This document shows, in pieces, positions 39,082-51,491 of a stretch of DNA of 64,000 nt. The notes under the pieces were generated by a model, which made no database searches, was not told where the DNA came from, and saw nothing but the letters and a program-made list of their open reading frames with translations. Both the position numbers and the translations under genes were made by a program. Source of the stretch: Spirochaetia bacterium (lineage in GTDB: Bacteria; Spirochaetota; Spirochaetia; CAKZLE01). Each line of letters opens with the position of its first letter. Positions within the stretch are counted from its first letter, which is position 1. Where the stretch lies: the NCBI GenBank assembly GCA_963677595.1, contig OY782041.1, positions 2,560,001-2,624,000 of the forward strand, written 5' to 3'.

Positions 39082-40047
39082 TTATTCTTTGACTCCACCT
39101 GAAGTCATGTTGCCTGCAAGATATTTCTGTACGAGCATGAAGAGGATGACGACCGGGATCGCTGTCAGCATGGAAGCTGCCATGATCCTGTCCCAGATCG
39201 CGTTCTTCGATACGAACAGGGCCTTCAGTGCGATCGGCAGGGTGAAGATATCCTTGAAGGACTTCAGGAATACCGATGCGAAGAGATACTCGTTCCATGC
39301 GATCATGAAGGAGTATACGAATACCGTCGCAAGTGCCCCGAGTGATAACGGGATGATGATCTTGATGATCGTCTGGAACCGGGTATAGCCTTCGACGAAC
39401 GCAGCTTCCTCGATGGAGAACGGGATACTCCTGAAGGTGTTGCCCAGCATGTAGAGCGAAACCGGCAGGGTCTGTACCATATAGATGACCATCAGGGAGA
39501 AGACTGTTCCCCCTTCGGTCCTGGCAAGGCCGAGGGCCACGGAAATCTTGTAGAGCGGTATCAGCAGCAGGATCCCTCCGACCATATAGACGAAGAGGAC
39601 TCCACGCTGGATCAGTTTCTGTCCGCGGTATTTCATACGGCTAATCGAATAGGCCCCGAAGATGGCTATGATCAGGGAGATGAAGGCTGCCGTGGTCGAG
39701 AAGGCCAGGGAGTTCCTGAAATACTTCGGGAAGGGGAAGATGTCTCCAGAATCCTTGTATTTGGCGATGATAGACTCTCGCTGGTCTTTCGTGAGGTCCG
39801 GGGTCTCATCGAGGAGGATCTTCACCGATTCCGGGAGATTCTTCTCATCCTGTCCGATGTTCAGCAGTTCCTTGTAGGCTTCCGTGTTGACCTGTGCGGG
39901 GATGAGGGACGGGTTCCCCCAGTCCCAGGAATGCTTCAATGAAGTCGAGAGCATCTGGAGAAAGGGGAAGAGGCTGAAGGAAACGATGAACAGTACCAGC
40001 AGGGTGAACCCGATATTCTTTACTACATTCTTATGTGTCACTACCAT
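39082..40047 (-). CDS. Carbohydrate ABC permease (YcjP-like)
   Basis: EEAA loop, AWNEYLFA. Confidence 0.9.
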   Translation of the reverse strand: MVVTHKNVVKNIGFTLLVLFIVSFSLFPFLQMLSTSLKHSWDWGNPSLIPAQVNTEAYKELLNIGQDEKNLPESVKILLDETPDLTKDQRESIIAKYKDSGDIFPFPKYFRNSLAFSTTAAFISLIIAIFGAYSISRMKYRGQKLIQRGVLFVYMVGGILLLIPLYKISVALGLARTEGGTVFSLMVIYMVQTLPVSLYMLGNTFRSIPFSIEEAAFVEGYTRFQTIIKIIIPLSLGALATVFVYSFMIAWNEYLFASVFLKSFKDIFTLPIALKALFVSKNAIWDRIMAASMLTAIPVVILFMLVQKYLAGNMTSGGVKE

Positions 40048-40913
40048 TTGAGTACCTTCTTTACATAGAACAGTATCAGGCCGATGAGCAGCCCGAACTG
40101 AATGACGACGAGTGCAGAACCCTGTCCCAGGTCCATGTTCCCGGTGAATGCCTTGAAGTAGGTGTAGATCGAGAGGACCTTGACATTGTCAGTCAGCAGG
40201 TAGACATCCTCGAACTTGTTGAAGTTCCAGATGAACCTGAGCAGTACGATAGAACCCATGACGAAATAGAGTTCCGGCAGGGTGATGGAGAAGAACTTCC
40301 TGACAGGGCCGCAGCCGTCGATCTCTGCAGCTTCATAGAGGTTCTTATCAATTGTCTGGAGTCTTGAAAGCAGCATGAGATAGGTGAACGGGAAACTCTT
40401 CCAGATACTGAATATGATCGCTACCCAGAGTGCATAATCAGGGGATCCGATGAGGTTGAACCGCTGAGTATAGATTCCGAACTTGTCGACCATCAGGTGC
40501 ATGAAGATACCGTTAACTGGATCGAAGAAGAACTGCCAGGCGAAGACGACCGAGATGACCGGTGCGACATAGGGCAGCAGGAGAATCGATCTGACGAGCC
40601 ACCTGAGTGGGAACTTCTTGTTCATCGTGAGTGCTACGATGAGACCGAAGATCGTGGTCCCAAAGGTTGAGAAGATCACGTACATGAACGTGGTATAGAC
40701 CGACTTCCAGAAGGTTGGGTCGGTGATGACTGAAGAGTAGTTCTCTCCGCCGATATAGGTGCTCTCGCCGGTCATCGTCACATCGAAGAAGCTCAGATAT
40801 ATGTTGTACCCGACCGGGTAGAGGATTAAGAGCAGTATGATGGAGAGCGCAGGCAGGACCAGCTTCACTCCAAGACGTGCATCTTTCTGTTCCAATGTTA
40901 ATTGCTTTTGCAT
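40041..40913 (-). CDS. Carbohydrate ABC permease (YcjO-like)
   Basis: LYEAAEIDG, FNKFEDVYLLT. Confidence 0.9.
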   Translation of the reverse strand: MQKQLTLEQKDARLGVKLVLPALSIILLLILYPVGYNIYLSFFDVTMTGESTYIGGENYSSVITDPTFWKSVYTTFMYVIFSTFGTTIFGLIVALTMNKKFPLRWLVRSILLLPYVAPVISVVFAWQFFFDPVNGIFMHLMVDKFGIYTQRFNLIGSPDYALWVAIIFSIWKSFPFTYLMLLSRLQTIDKNLYEAAEIDGCGPVRKFFSITLPELYFVMGSIVLLRFIWNFNKFEDVYLLTDNVKVLSIYTYFKAFTGNMDLGQGSALVVIQFGLLIGLILFYVKKVLKW

Positions 40914-41028
40914 AACATCTCCTGATCACAGATATTGTGAAGTACATGGTGTTTGTGATAATGTCTAGAAACTTGAAGGTCGAGCCTGCGGTCTGCAACA
41001 ATCGACAGGCTCTTCCAGCTTGAAATGC

Positions 41029-41069
41029 GGTTTATGGGAGGGCTTCGTACAGAAGCCCTCTCCTAAACC
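41029..41069 (-). terminator. Hairpin downstream of SBP gene
   Basis: GGTTTA..GAGGGCTTC-GTACA-GAAGCCCTC..TAAACC. Confidence 0.55.
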
Positions 41070-41083
41070 CTTTTTTGTCTTGA

Positions 41084-42472
41084 CTATTCGAGGACAGCCT
41101 TCATCTCTTTCTCAGCCCAATCCATGGCAGCATCAATGTCCATGCCTTCCTGGGTGATCTTGTAGATCATCTGAGGAATGATCTGCTGTGTGGTGATGAC
41201 GGTCGCGTCGTTCATCTTCTTACCGTCGACGATGCTGAATGATGCGATATCATTCATACCTTCAGCGATCTCAGCCATCTTCTCAGGACCGTAGTGCTTG
41301 AAGATTCCATTAGGATCGTTCTGGAAACGTGCATTCTCTGCGATTCCCTTGATGACAGGGTTCATTCCGCCAGGTGCCATGTGCAGGAAGGTGATGTATG
41401 CGTTCTGGGTATAGAGGTATCTCAGGAAGTCTGAAGCAGCCTGTGTCTTTGCAGCATCCGGCTGGTTGATCAGCCCCATGGTTACGACGACACCATAACC
41501 TGCAGTCTCGGTGTTGGTGATCAGAGGAGACATCTTGGTATGGTCTACGAGTTCTGGATCGAAATCGTCACCTGCGAGGTCCGCGAAGTTCTCTGAGGTG
41601 AGGGAACCTGCAGCGACTTCTGCCAGTGAGAGGTCATCCATGATATAGGTTGAGTAGAAGAACATTGCCATCTTGCCTTGGAGATAGTAGTCTCGGGCTC
41701 TCCAGGTCTGTGGTCCTGGAGGATTGTATTTAGCGAGTTCGGTATAGATCTCGACTGCTTCTTTCATCTCAGGTGAGTTGAAGATCAGTTCTCCATCACT
41801 GTTGAACAGCTGTGCGCCGTTTGACATAGCGAACGGGGTGAAGCACTGTTCAGCGAAGTTCTCAGGTTTGGTTCCTACGAGAATACCATACTGGTTGTCT
41901 TCCGGTTTGTAGAAGTACTTTGCAGCCTTGAGGATGTTATCCCAGGTGTTCGGAGCTTCCAGACCTGCTTCCTCGAACCAGTCTGACCGGTACCAGATTC
42001 CCTGTACCCAACCATGGTATGGCAACGCATAGGGTTCACCGTTCTCGCTTTCTACGAGCTTCATAGCTCCTTCGTAGAAAGAGTCTACACCGATCTTGTC
42101 GATCAGTGCCTGGTTTGCATCTACGTTCATCAGTCCGTCAACACCGAATGCCACAGCGTTCTCTGCTCCGATCTCGATGAGAGCGGGGAGAGTCCCTGCT
42201 GATGATGCAGTCTGGAGCTGGGTAGCCATATCATTCTCATCTACCGGGATGAGTTTGATCTTGACATCTGGATTGAGTGCTTCGTAGGTGTCGATCAGTA
42301 CCTGGATGGTAGCCTGACGGTCTGACTGAGTCTCTGTTGACCAGAATTCGAATTCCACAGGACCTGATGGGGTCGCTTCGACGGCTTCTCCTTCACCTTG
42401 AGCGAAGATAGCAGCAGGTGCTAAGAGCAGGGCGATGAGAGCTACTGTCATGATTCTTGACAGCTTTTTCAT
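41084..42472 (-). CDS. Carbohydrate ABC substrate-binding protein (YcjN-like)
   Basis: Signal peptide; WVQGIWYRSD, AMFFYSTYI. Confidence 0.88.
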   Translation of the reverse strand: MKKLSRIMTVALIALLLAPAAIFAQGEGEAVEATPSGPVEFEFWSTETQSDRQATIQVLIDTYEALNPDVKIKLIPVDENDMATQLQTASSAGTLPALIEIGAENAVAFGVDGLMNVDANQALIDKIGVDSFYEGAMKLVESENGEPYALPYHGWVQGIWYRSDWFEEAGLEAPNTWDNILKAAKYFYKPEDNQYGILVGTKPENFAEQCFTPFAMSNGAQLFNSDGELIFNSPEMKEAVEIYTELAKYNPPGPQTWRARDYYLQGKMAMFFYSTYIMDDLSLAEVAAGSLTSENFADLAGDDFDPELVDHTKMSPLITNTETAGYGVVVTMGLINQPDAAKTQAASDFLRYLYTQNAYITFLHMAPGGMNPVIKGIAENARFQNDPNGIFKHYGPEKMAEIAEGMNDIASFSIVDGKKMNDATVITTQQIIPQMIYKITQEGMDIDAAMDWAEKEMKAVLE

Positions 42473-42611
42473 GGTAAACCTCCTTACGGTTCTCTATCGG
42501 GATAGTTCCAAAGATGCGTGATGCGGATGATGTCTGAAAAGTCCTGTTCTCTCTCCCGATCCATAATTCATACAGGGCTTAGGATTTCCCTGCATATCTT
42601 CTATTTCAAGA

Positions 42612-43604
42612 TCACCTCAATGATGACCTGATAACCAGTTTTGGTGTGATACTGATCTCGTCGTTCTGTATATCCTCGATCTTCCCGGATAATCTTTTCA
42701 GCAGATAATCGACAGCCATCTCACTCTTCTTTATGACGAACTGTTTCATCGTCGTGATGCCCAGTGTCTCGGCTATGGAGAGATCATCGAATCCCATGAT
42801 CCCCATGTCCTGCGGGACCCGCATGTCGAACTCTCTCAGGTACCGGTAGCCTCCCGCGGCCATATCATCACAACCGTAGAAGATCGCATCAGGCGGGACC
42901 TCGAGGGACATCAGTTCCTTGGTCGCCTCATAACCGCCGTCTGCGGACAGCGGGGCAGTACGGTAGTATTGCTTCAGTAATGGACGTCCAGCCTGCTCGA
43001 GAGCAGAGGAGAACCCCATGTATCGATCGCTGATATGCTCATCATCTGGAACCCAGCCTACGAAGGCTATGCGTTCATAGCCCCGGGAAAGCATATACTT
43101 TGCAGCATCCTGACAACCGACGAAGTTGTTGGTGCTGATCGATTTCTCGTTCTCGCATCTGGCCTGCATGAGGACCAGGGGGATTCCCAGGTTCTTGAAG
43201 AACTCAGACCCCTCTTCATTGAGGATCGCGGCACTGATGATGAGTCCATCCACTTTAGATAGATAATCCAGGTGCTGAGAGAAGTAGTGGTGGACATTCT
43301 GCCGTTTCCCGAGATTGAAGAGCAGCAACTGATATGGGCTTCCTGCCAGCTGTCTCTCGATAGCTCCCATGAGGGTGCAGGTAAAGAGAGACTGCGCATC
43401 AGAGAAGGTGAGACCGATGATCTGTTTCTGTTTGCCATATGGCTTTTTCAGAGTGAAATCACTAGTCTCCAGGTATTTCATGATAGCTTTCCGGGTCTCC
43501 TCGTTCACGAGTTCCGGATGGTTCATCACTCGAGATACCGTACTCGGACTGTACCCTGTGAGTTCAGATAACTCCTTAACTGTAAGTTTCTCTTTGCTGC
43601 CCAT
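42612..43604 (-). CDS. LacI-family regulator
   Basis: TVKELSELTGYSPSTVSRVMN HTH; GFDD. Confidence 0.92.
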   Translation of the reverse strand: MGSKEKLTVKELSELTGYSPSTVSRVMNHPELVNEETRKAIMKYLETSDFTLKKPYGKQKQIIGLTFSDAQSLFTCTLMGAIERQLAGSPYQLLLFNLGKRQNVHHYFSQHLDYLSKVDGLIISAAILNEEGSEFFKNLGIPLVLMQARCENEKSISTNNFVGCQDAAKYMLSRGYERIAFVGWVPDDEHISDRYMGFSSALEQAGRPLLKQYYRTAPLSADGGYEATKELMSLEVPPDAIFYGCDDMAAGGYRYLREFDMRVPQDMGIMGFDDLSIAETLGITTMKQFVIKKSEMAVDYLLKRLSGKIEDIQNDEISITPKLVIRSSLR

Positions 43605-43768
43605 GATCTGACCTTATCATCGCTGAAATGAGAAGTCAATGAAAATTGCACAAAAAGTATAAAAACTTTCATTGAAATATATGAAATATTTCAGTAGGTG
43701 GTACAGATTCTTTCTTCTTGAATTTCAAGAGGGTTTTTTCTAATTATCTATGAATAAATAAGTAATGA

Positions 43769-44941
43769 TCATAACAGGCAGGATTCTATGAGATTTTCCA
43801 TATATTCCACGGTCTCATCCCTGTTTTCATGAGATTTCATAGTGGTCTCCCAGGAGGTACGGTAGGTCTCATAAGAATCGATCATGCCTTGAGCTTCAGC
43901 CTGCAGGGGGCTGACCAATCGTTCTGCTTCATCGTCACTGCAGAGATCGGGGAACTCCGTTCTGAGGGCATCTACGCAGTATCGATACAGGGACTCTCTA
44001 TCATGGAGGAAGGGGCCGGGATAGGGGGAGAGATCGAGCTCCGGGTATCGGGACTGTTTCTCCAGAGCATAGAGGAACCTGCTGAAATCCGAGAGCATCT
44101 TCTGCATCTGTGCTTCACGGGTAATCCCTGAATGCTTCGGCGGCAGATGAACGATCGGTATATCACGGTGGAAGAACCAGGAGAATCCATGATTGAGCGC
44201 ATTGATCACATAATCGAAATCCTCTCCCCTTGCGATATATTCATCATGACAGATCGAGGCCATCAATCTCCTGCTGAATACCATGTTCCCACCAAAGGCC
44301 ACATGGGAAGCATGTGGCTGTACCGAATCCTGCATCGCCTCATCTACCGCAAGGTTGATCAGATGGGCTTTCTTCAGGAACGGGTTGCTCATAGTCTCAT
44401 CACCTTCTGTCGGGAGCAAGTATCCCCCTTCGGGATTCAGATAGACCCCGGACATCCCGTGGATCTCAGGCTGGTCTCTCATCGTCTGAACGATCGTATC
44501 AAGATAGCTGCTATCCCCTATGACCTCATCATCATCGATGGCGACCACATATTCTGCCCCGCAGAGATAGGGGACTGCCAACTGGACGTTCCTGATACTG
44601 CCGTAACTCTTCAGACATAACGATGGGATTTCCAGTGATTCCTGTAGTGCATCTACATCCTTCCCCGTGACTAGACAGATGGGTTTCTTCTCTGTATAGG
44701 GTCCCAGGATTTTTCTGACTGCCTGTTCGGCAGCTTCCTGTAGGTGGCTGTGTGTCACGGCCAGGATAATCAGCAGTGTGAAGTCCTGCGGGAGACTGCA
44801 GAGACTATTGACGGTCCTCTCGAGGGTCTGTGGTCCATCTATCGGGGTCGGATGGTCGAATGCCCCGGTGTCAGCCGGATGCTCTTCAGTACCGTTCTCT
44901 CCCCAATATGTCGGTACGGTGATCCATAGTGGTCGTCTCAT
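43769..44941 (-). CDS. GT-A-fold (GT2-like) glycosyltransferase
   Basis: AIDDDE DxD motif, FGGN, RGED. Confidence 0.6.
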   Translation of the reverse strand: MRRPLWITVPTYWGENGTEEHPADTGAFDHPTPIDGPQTLERTVNSLCSLPQDFTLLIILAVTHSHLQEAAEQAVRKILGPYTEKKPICLVTGKDVDALQESLEIPSLCLKSYGSIRNVQLAVPYLCGAEYVVAIDDDEVIGDSSYLDTIVQTMRDQPEIHGMSGVYLNPEGGYLLPTEGDETMSNPFLKKAHLINLAVDEAMQDSVQPHASHVAFGGNMVFSRRLMASICHDEYIARGEDFDYVINALNHGFSWFFHRDIPIVHLPPKHSGITREAQMQKMLSDFSRFLYALEKQSRYPELDLSPYPGPFLHDRESLYRYCVDALRTEFPDLCSDDEAERLVSPLQAEAQGMIDSYETYRTSWETTMKSHENRDETVEYMENLIESCLL

Positions 44942-45489
44942 GGCAGTCCCCCTGCGAATCTGGCATTTCTGTCCAGTCTACTGTCCTTGTGGACAGAAAG
45001 CAATGAGTGTATGAATGTTTCAAGCAGATGCAAATAATTATTTGTACTGGCTTGACCAACTGTCACTGCTGAAGACGCTTAGTGATCTCAAAGGCGGGAC
45101 GCAGAAGATCAGTAAGAAACGGCTTCGCAAGATGTTCGGCTGGAACTTCAATGATTCCCTGTCTGAAGCCCTGACCCTGATGGATCCCTACACCTTTGCC
45201 AGAGCCGTGGAGATCACCCCAAGGAAACCTCGGAAACGGTAACACATACCGTCAATACGAAGCAGCCCCCATTCCTGGCATGTGGGACTGCTTGGCATGC
45301 CCCAATACATTCCAATCTATTCAATAGTGCCTACCGATGAGTTTGTCCCGGCCCTGTGTGTGACCTTGAATTCTGCATCATGACTTGGCAACTTAGGCAA
45401 CATGCATGTTGATGCGTAAGTCCTCCTAACCCAACCTTTTTGATCAGATTTCCTTGAGATATCGCATCAAAGGTATATACTGGTTATAA

Positions 45490-47817
<2,328 letters not shown>

Positions 47818-47847
47818 TGGCAAAGGGGAGAATCATCGACTATTAAT

Positions 47848-47879
47848 AGGAAGGGAGCTGTGTTGACAGCTCCCTTCCT
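47848..47879. terminator. Bidirectional terminator-like hairpin between convergent katG and leuD
   Basis: AGGAAGGGAGCTGT-GTTG-ACAGCTCCCTTCCT, 14-bp perfect stem. Confidence 0.75.
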
Positions 47880-47911
47880 GCTAAGATATCACATGTAACT
47901 ATAAGGATATG

Positions 47912-48448
47912 TTAGTAATTGGAATCAGCGAACTCTACCCAGCCCCCTGCCTCGACCAGGGTCTTGTCGAACTCGGAGAGGCTGAAGGGTACGGTAACGC
48001 TCTCCTTCCCTGATGTGAAGGTGAACTCCATGGCATCAAGGTCAGTGGTCACCGAGGCAGTGCTGCCGGCGAAGGTGCTGAAGAGCATGTCGATCTGCTC
48101 CTTGGGCAGTTCCACGGCCATCATCCCGCAGTTGTACATGTTCTGCCGGTAGATCCGTGAGAACCCTTCCGCGATCACCAGGTAGATCCCGTTGACCTCG
48201 AGGGCCCAGGGGGCATGCTCACGTGAGGAGCCGCAGCCGAAGTTGTTCCGGGTCACGACGACCCCGATCCCCTTAAGACTCTCGGCGGGGTCGAACCCCT
48301 CGAGTTTCAGGTCCTCGAGCAGGTAGGGCTTCAACGCCTCCTTTGAGATCTCGGTAAGGTATTTTGCCGGGATGATCTCATCGGTGTTGATGTCGTCCCG
48401 GTCGAGGAAGAGGATGTTCCCCTTGAATTTATCGCTTTTACTACTCAT
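47912..48448 (-). CDS. leuD: 3-isopropylmalate dehydratase small subunit
   Basis: DINTDEIIP, NFGCGSSREHA. Confidence 0.88.
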   Translation of the reverse strand: MSSKSDKFKGNILFLDRDDINTDEIIPAKYLTEISKEALKPYLLEDLKLEGFDPAESLKGIGVVVTRNNFGCGSSREHAPWALEVNGIYLVIAEGFSRIYRQNMYNCGMMAVELPKEQIDMLFSTFAGSTASVTTDLDAMEFTFTSGKESVTVPFSLSEFDKTLVEAGGWVEFADSNY

Positions 48449-49739
48449 CTGATCCTCCTGTGAATGCCGGGGAGACCGACAGTGTTCCAGCAACTGCCGT
48501 TGCGGCAGCAGAGGCCGGGCTCATGAGGTGGACCATACCGCCTTTCCCCATCCGTCCGTTGAAGTTCCTGTTGGTGGTGGAGGCACAGACCTCATTGTTT
48601 GCAAGTACCCCGTTGCTCATCCCAAGGCAGGCACCGCAGGTCGGGTTCGTCACGCAGAACCCTGCATCCATGAAGATGTCGATGAGGCCCTCCTTGAGTG
48701 CCTGCTTGTAGATGTCGGGGGTGGCAGGGGAGAGGATACCCCGGACACCCGGAGCAACCTTCTTGCCCTTCAGTACCGCAGCAGCCTCCCGGAGGTCGCT
48801 GATCCGGCCGTTGGTGCAGCTCCCGATATAGACCTGGTCCACGGGAGTGGATTCGAACTCGGTTATCGGCTTCACGTGGTCCGGCTTGTACCCGAAGGTT
48901 GCTACCGGTGCGAGGTCTGAAACGTCGATCGTGATGACATCTGCATAGACGGCATCCTCATCGGCGACCCACTTGCTGTATTCGGCGAGTGCTGCTTCCT
49001 TGGAATCGAACTCATCGGAGATGAAGTCCCAGAGGTACTCGACTGTGGTCATGTCAGGGTAGCAGATACCGGTGGTACCGCCTGCCTCGATGGCCATGTT
49101 CGACAGCGTCATCCTCGACTCCATGGAGAAGCCGTCGATGACCGGTCCGGTGAACTCGATGACCTTGTTCGTCGCGCCGTTCACCCCGATCTTCCCGATG
49201 ATCGCGAGGATCACATCCTTCGCGAACACTCCCGGCTGCAGGGTCCCGGTGATCTCGACCTTCAGGGTCTCAGGCGTCCTGAAGCTGCAGACCCCCTTGA
49301 GGATACCGACCTCGAGGTCGGTGGTCCCGACGCCTGCTGCGAATGCGCAGAAGGCCCCATGCGTACAGGTGTGGGAGTCCCCCATGATGACGGTGAATCC
49401 CGGTCGCACGAATCCCTTCTCCGGGAAGATCGCATGGCAGACGCCATTCTCCCCGATATCGAAGAAATCCTTGATCCCCTGGCGTTTTGCCCAGTCGCGC
49501 ATGATCTTTCCCTGTTCAGCGGTCTTTGAGTCCTTCGCCGGTGTGACGTGGTCGATTACGGCCTTGATCTTGTCCGGATCGAAGACACGGTCCTTTCCCC
49601 GTGTCACGAGATCATTGATCGCTATCGGTGTGGTGATCTCGTGGCAGAATACTCTATCCAGCGAGAGGATGCTGATATCTGCACCCTGATTGTCGACCAG
49701 ATGAGCTTCAAAGATCTTCTCTGCTACTGTCTTTCCCAT
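48441..49739 (-). CDS. leuC: 3-isopropylmalate dehydratase large subunit
   Basis: DSHTCTHGA, GSCTNGR, CGACLG, STTNRNF.GR.G. Confidence 0.88.
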   Translation of the reverse strand: MGKTVAEKIFEAHLVDNQGADISILSLDRVFCHEITTPIAINDLVTRGKDRVFDPDKIKAVIDHVTPAKDSKTAEQGKIMRDWAKRQGIKDFFDIGENGVCHAIFPEKGFVRPGFTVIMGDSHTCTHGAFCAFAAGVGTTDLEVGILKGVCSFRTPETLKVEITGTLQPGVFAKDVILAIIGKIGVNGATNKVIEFTGPVIDGFSMESRMTLSNMAIEAGGTTGICYPDMTTVEYLWDFISDEFDSKEAALAEYSKWVADEDAVYADVITIDVSDLAPVATFGYKPDHVKPITEFESTPVDQVYIGSCTNGRISDLREAAAVLKGKKVAPGVRGILSPATPDIYKQALKEGLIDIFMDAGFCVTNPTCGACLGMSNGVLANNEVCASTTNRNFNGRMGKGGMVHLMSPASAAATAVAGTLSVSPAFTGGSDE

Positions 49740-49778
49740 ATGTTCTCCTATCTATTACGGGCCATATCAGCCCGTGAT

Positions 49779-50369
49779 CTAGCTTTCGCTGCGGAAGACC
49801 CTCGGCGGCGATACGATCCAGATCGCTTTGAGGCTGGTCTTCCCGCTATTCTTCAGGGTATGCGGGATGTGGGAGGAGAAGGAGACGCTGTCATCGATCC
49901 CCAACTCATACCGCTTGTTCCCATACACCAGCTCGGCGCTCCCCTCGAGGATGATCCCCATCTCCCGTCCCGGGTGGCCGAACTCCTCGCTCCCGCGTTC
50001 CCCGCCGACCTCGATCGTCAACTCCAGTGCCTCGAAGGCGAAATCCTCCGTCGAATCGATCGGGGGGGAGAGCTGTTCATAGCTGACCTGCTGCAGCCTC
50101 AGGTGGTTCCGGTCCTCCTTATGGACGATCTTCACCTTCCTCGGTTTCTGCAGGTCCCGAAACAGGTACTCCAGGTCTATGTCAAGTTCATCGGTGATGG
50201 CGAGCAGCGTGTCGAGCGAGGGTGAGACCCGGTTGTTCTCGATCTGCGAGAGCAGGCTCGTGCTCACCCCAAGCGATTCTGAGAGTGTCCGCAGCGTGAT
50301 CTTCTGCCGTTCACGTATCTTTTTGATCTTCTCCCCGAACCGGTATGCCTCTTTCTTCTCTGCCATCAT
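49779..50369 (-). CDS. XRE-HTH plus cupin transcriptional regulator
   Basis: LSQIENNRVSPSL; HPGRE cupin motif, PH. Confidence 0.88.
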   Translation of the reverse strand: MMAEKKEAYRFGEKIKKIRERQKITLRTLSESLGVSTSLLSQIENNRVSPSLDTLLAITDELDIDLEYLFRDLQKPRKVKIVHKEDRNHLRLQQVSYEQLSPPIDSTEDFAFEALELTIEVGGERGSEEFGHPGREMGIILEGSAELVYGNKRYELGIDDSVSFSSHIPHTLKNSGKTSLKAIWIVSPPRVFRSES

Positions 50370-50531
50370 CTCCGCCTGGTTGTTTAAAAATACTAAATAT
50401 GTATAAGTATTTATAAAACCAGATGGCTGGTTTGTCAAGGTGAAAGAAAGCGATTCATGGAATTGCATGATATATGGTACTATGGAGACTAAAGCAGTGG
50501 TACACTGAAGATTAACGACAGGGGGACAACG

Positions 50532-50882
50532 ATGTTCATATCGCACAGGGACGAGATAGAGAAGCAGGTCCAGGCAGGGGATGCCCTCAAGGGGGTGACC
50601 AAGCAGATCCTCATCGGGCCGCATGAGGGATGGGATGACTACGTCATGAGGATGTTCACCCTCGAGTCAGGCGGCTATGCACCGATGCATGCACATGACT
50701 GGCCCCACATCGTGTATGCGGTCGAGGGGGAGGGGGTCCTCCATTTCGAAGGTGAGGAGCATCCGCTGCCCAGCGGGGCTACCGCCTATGTCGACAGCAA
50801 TGCCACCCACCAGATCAGGAATGCGGGGGACGGGAAGTTCGTCTTCATCTGCATCGTGCCGAGGAGGGGGGACCCCGTCTGA
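50532..50882 (+). CDS. Cupin-domain protein
   Basis: HAHDWPH, H.IRN metal ligands. Confidence 0.85.
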   Translation: MFISHRDEIEKQVQAGDALKGVTKQILIGPHEGWDDYVMRMFTLESGGYAPMHAHDWPHIVYAVEGEGVLHFEGEEHPLPSGATAYVDSNATHQIRNAGDGKFVFICIVPRRGDPV

Positions 50883-50892
50883 GCATAAAGAA

Positions 50893-50931
50893 GCCGTCGC
50901 TGCGGGAAAACAATGACCTTGCAGCGACGGC
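50893..50931. terminator. Hairpin between convergent cupin gene and trxA
   Basis: GCCGTCGCTGC...GCAGCGACGGC, 11-bp inverted repeat. Confidence 0.6.
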
Positions 50932-50968
50932 CGATACTACATGCGATTCGGAGTGTCCTTATTCAGTA

Positions 50969-51319
50969 TTACGGCAGCAGGATATCGTTGATAGCCTGTT
51001 CGAAGCTCTGTTTCGGCAGGGCTCCCATGGCAGCCTGGGGCTGTCCTTCCTTCGGGACGAAGAGTATTGTGGGGATACTCCTGATCTCGAACATCCCGGC
51101 CAGCTGCTGCTGTTCCTCGGTATTCACCTTGAAGATGTCGATCTTGCCCTCATAGTCCTTTGCCAGTTCTTCGAGGACCGGTGCCACCATCTTACAGGGA
51201 CCGCACCAGTCTGCGTAGAAGTCGATGATGCAGGGTTTGTCACCTGCGAACTTCCATTCTTTGCTCTCTTCCCAATTGAAGACCTTTTCCTTGAATGTAT
51301 CCAGAGTTAAATGTTCCAT
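50969..51319 (-). CDS. trxA: Thioredoxin
   Basis: WCGPC, SIPT. Confidence 0.95.
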   Translation of the reverse strand: MEHLTLDTFKEKVFNWEESKEWKFAGDKPCIIDFYADWCGPCKMVAPVLEELAKDYEGKIDIFKVNTEEQQQLAGMFEIRSIPTILFVPKEGQPQAAMGALPKQSFEQAINDILLP

Positions 51320-51491
51320 ACGTTTTCTCCCGTTCTTATGCTTTGTATTAATTCATTATTAAAATACTAATAAATAGCAAAAAGTCAAATCAATTTTGAC
51401 ATATACCAGAAATCGGGTTTTTCCTCCTCATATTTATATGATACCATACCTACACTCAACATGAGCACTGTTTTTTTCTGAAGGAGATTCG

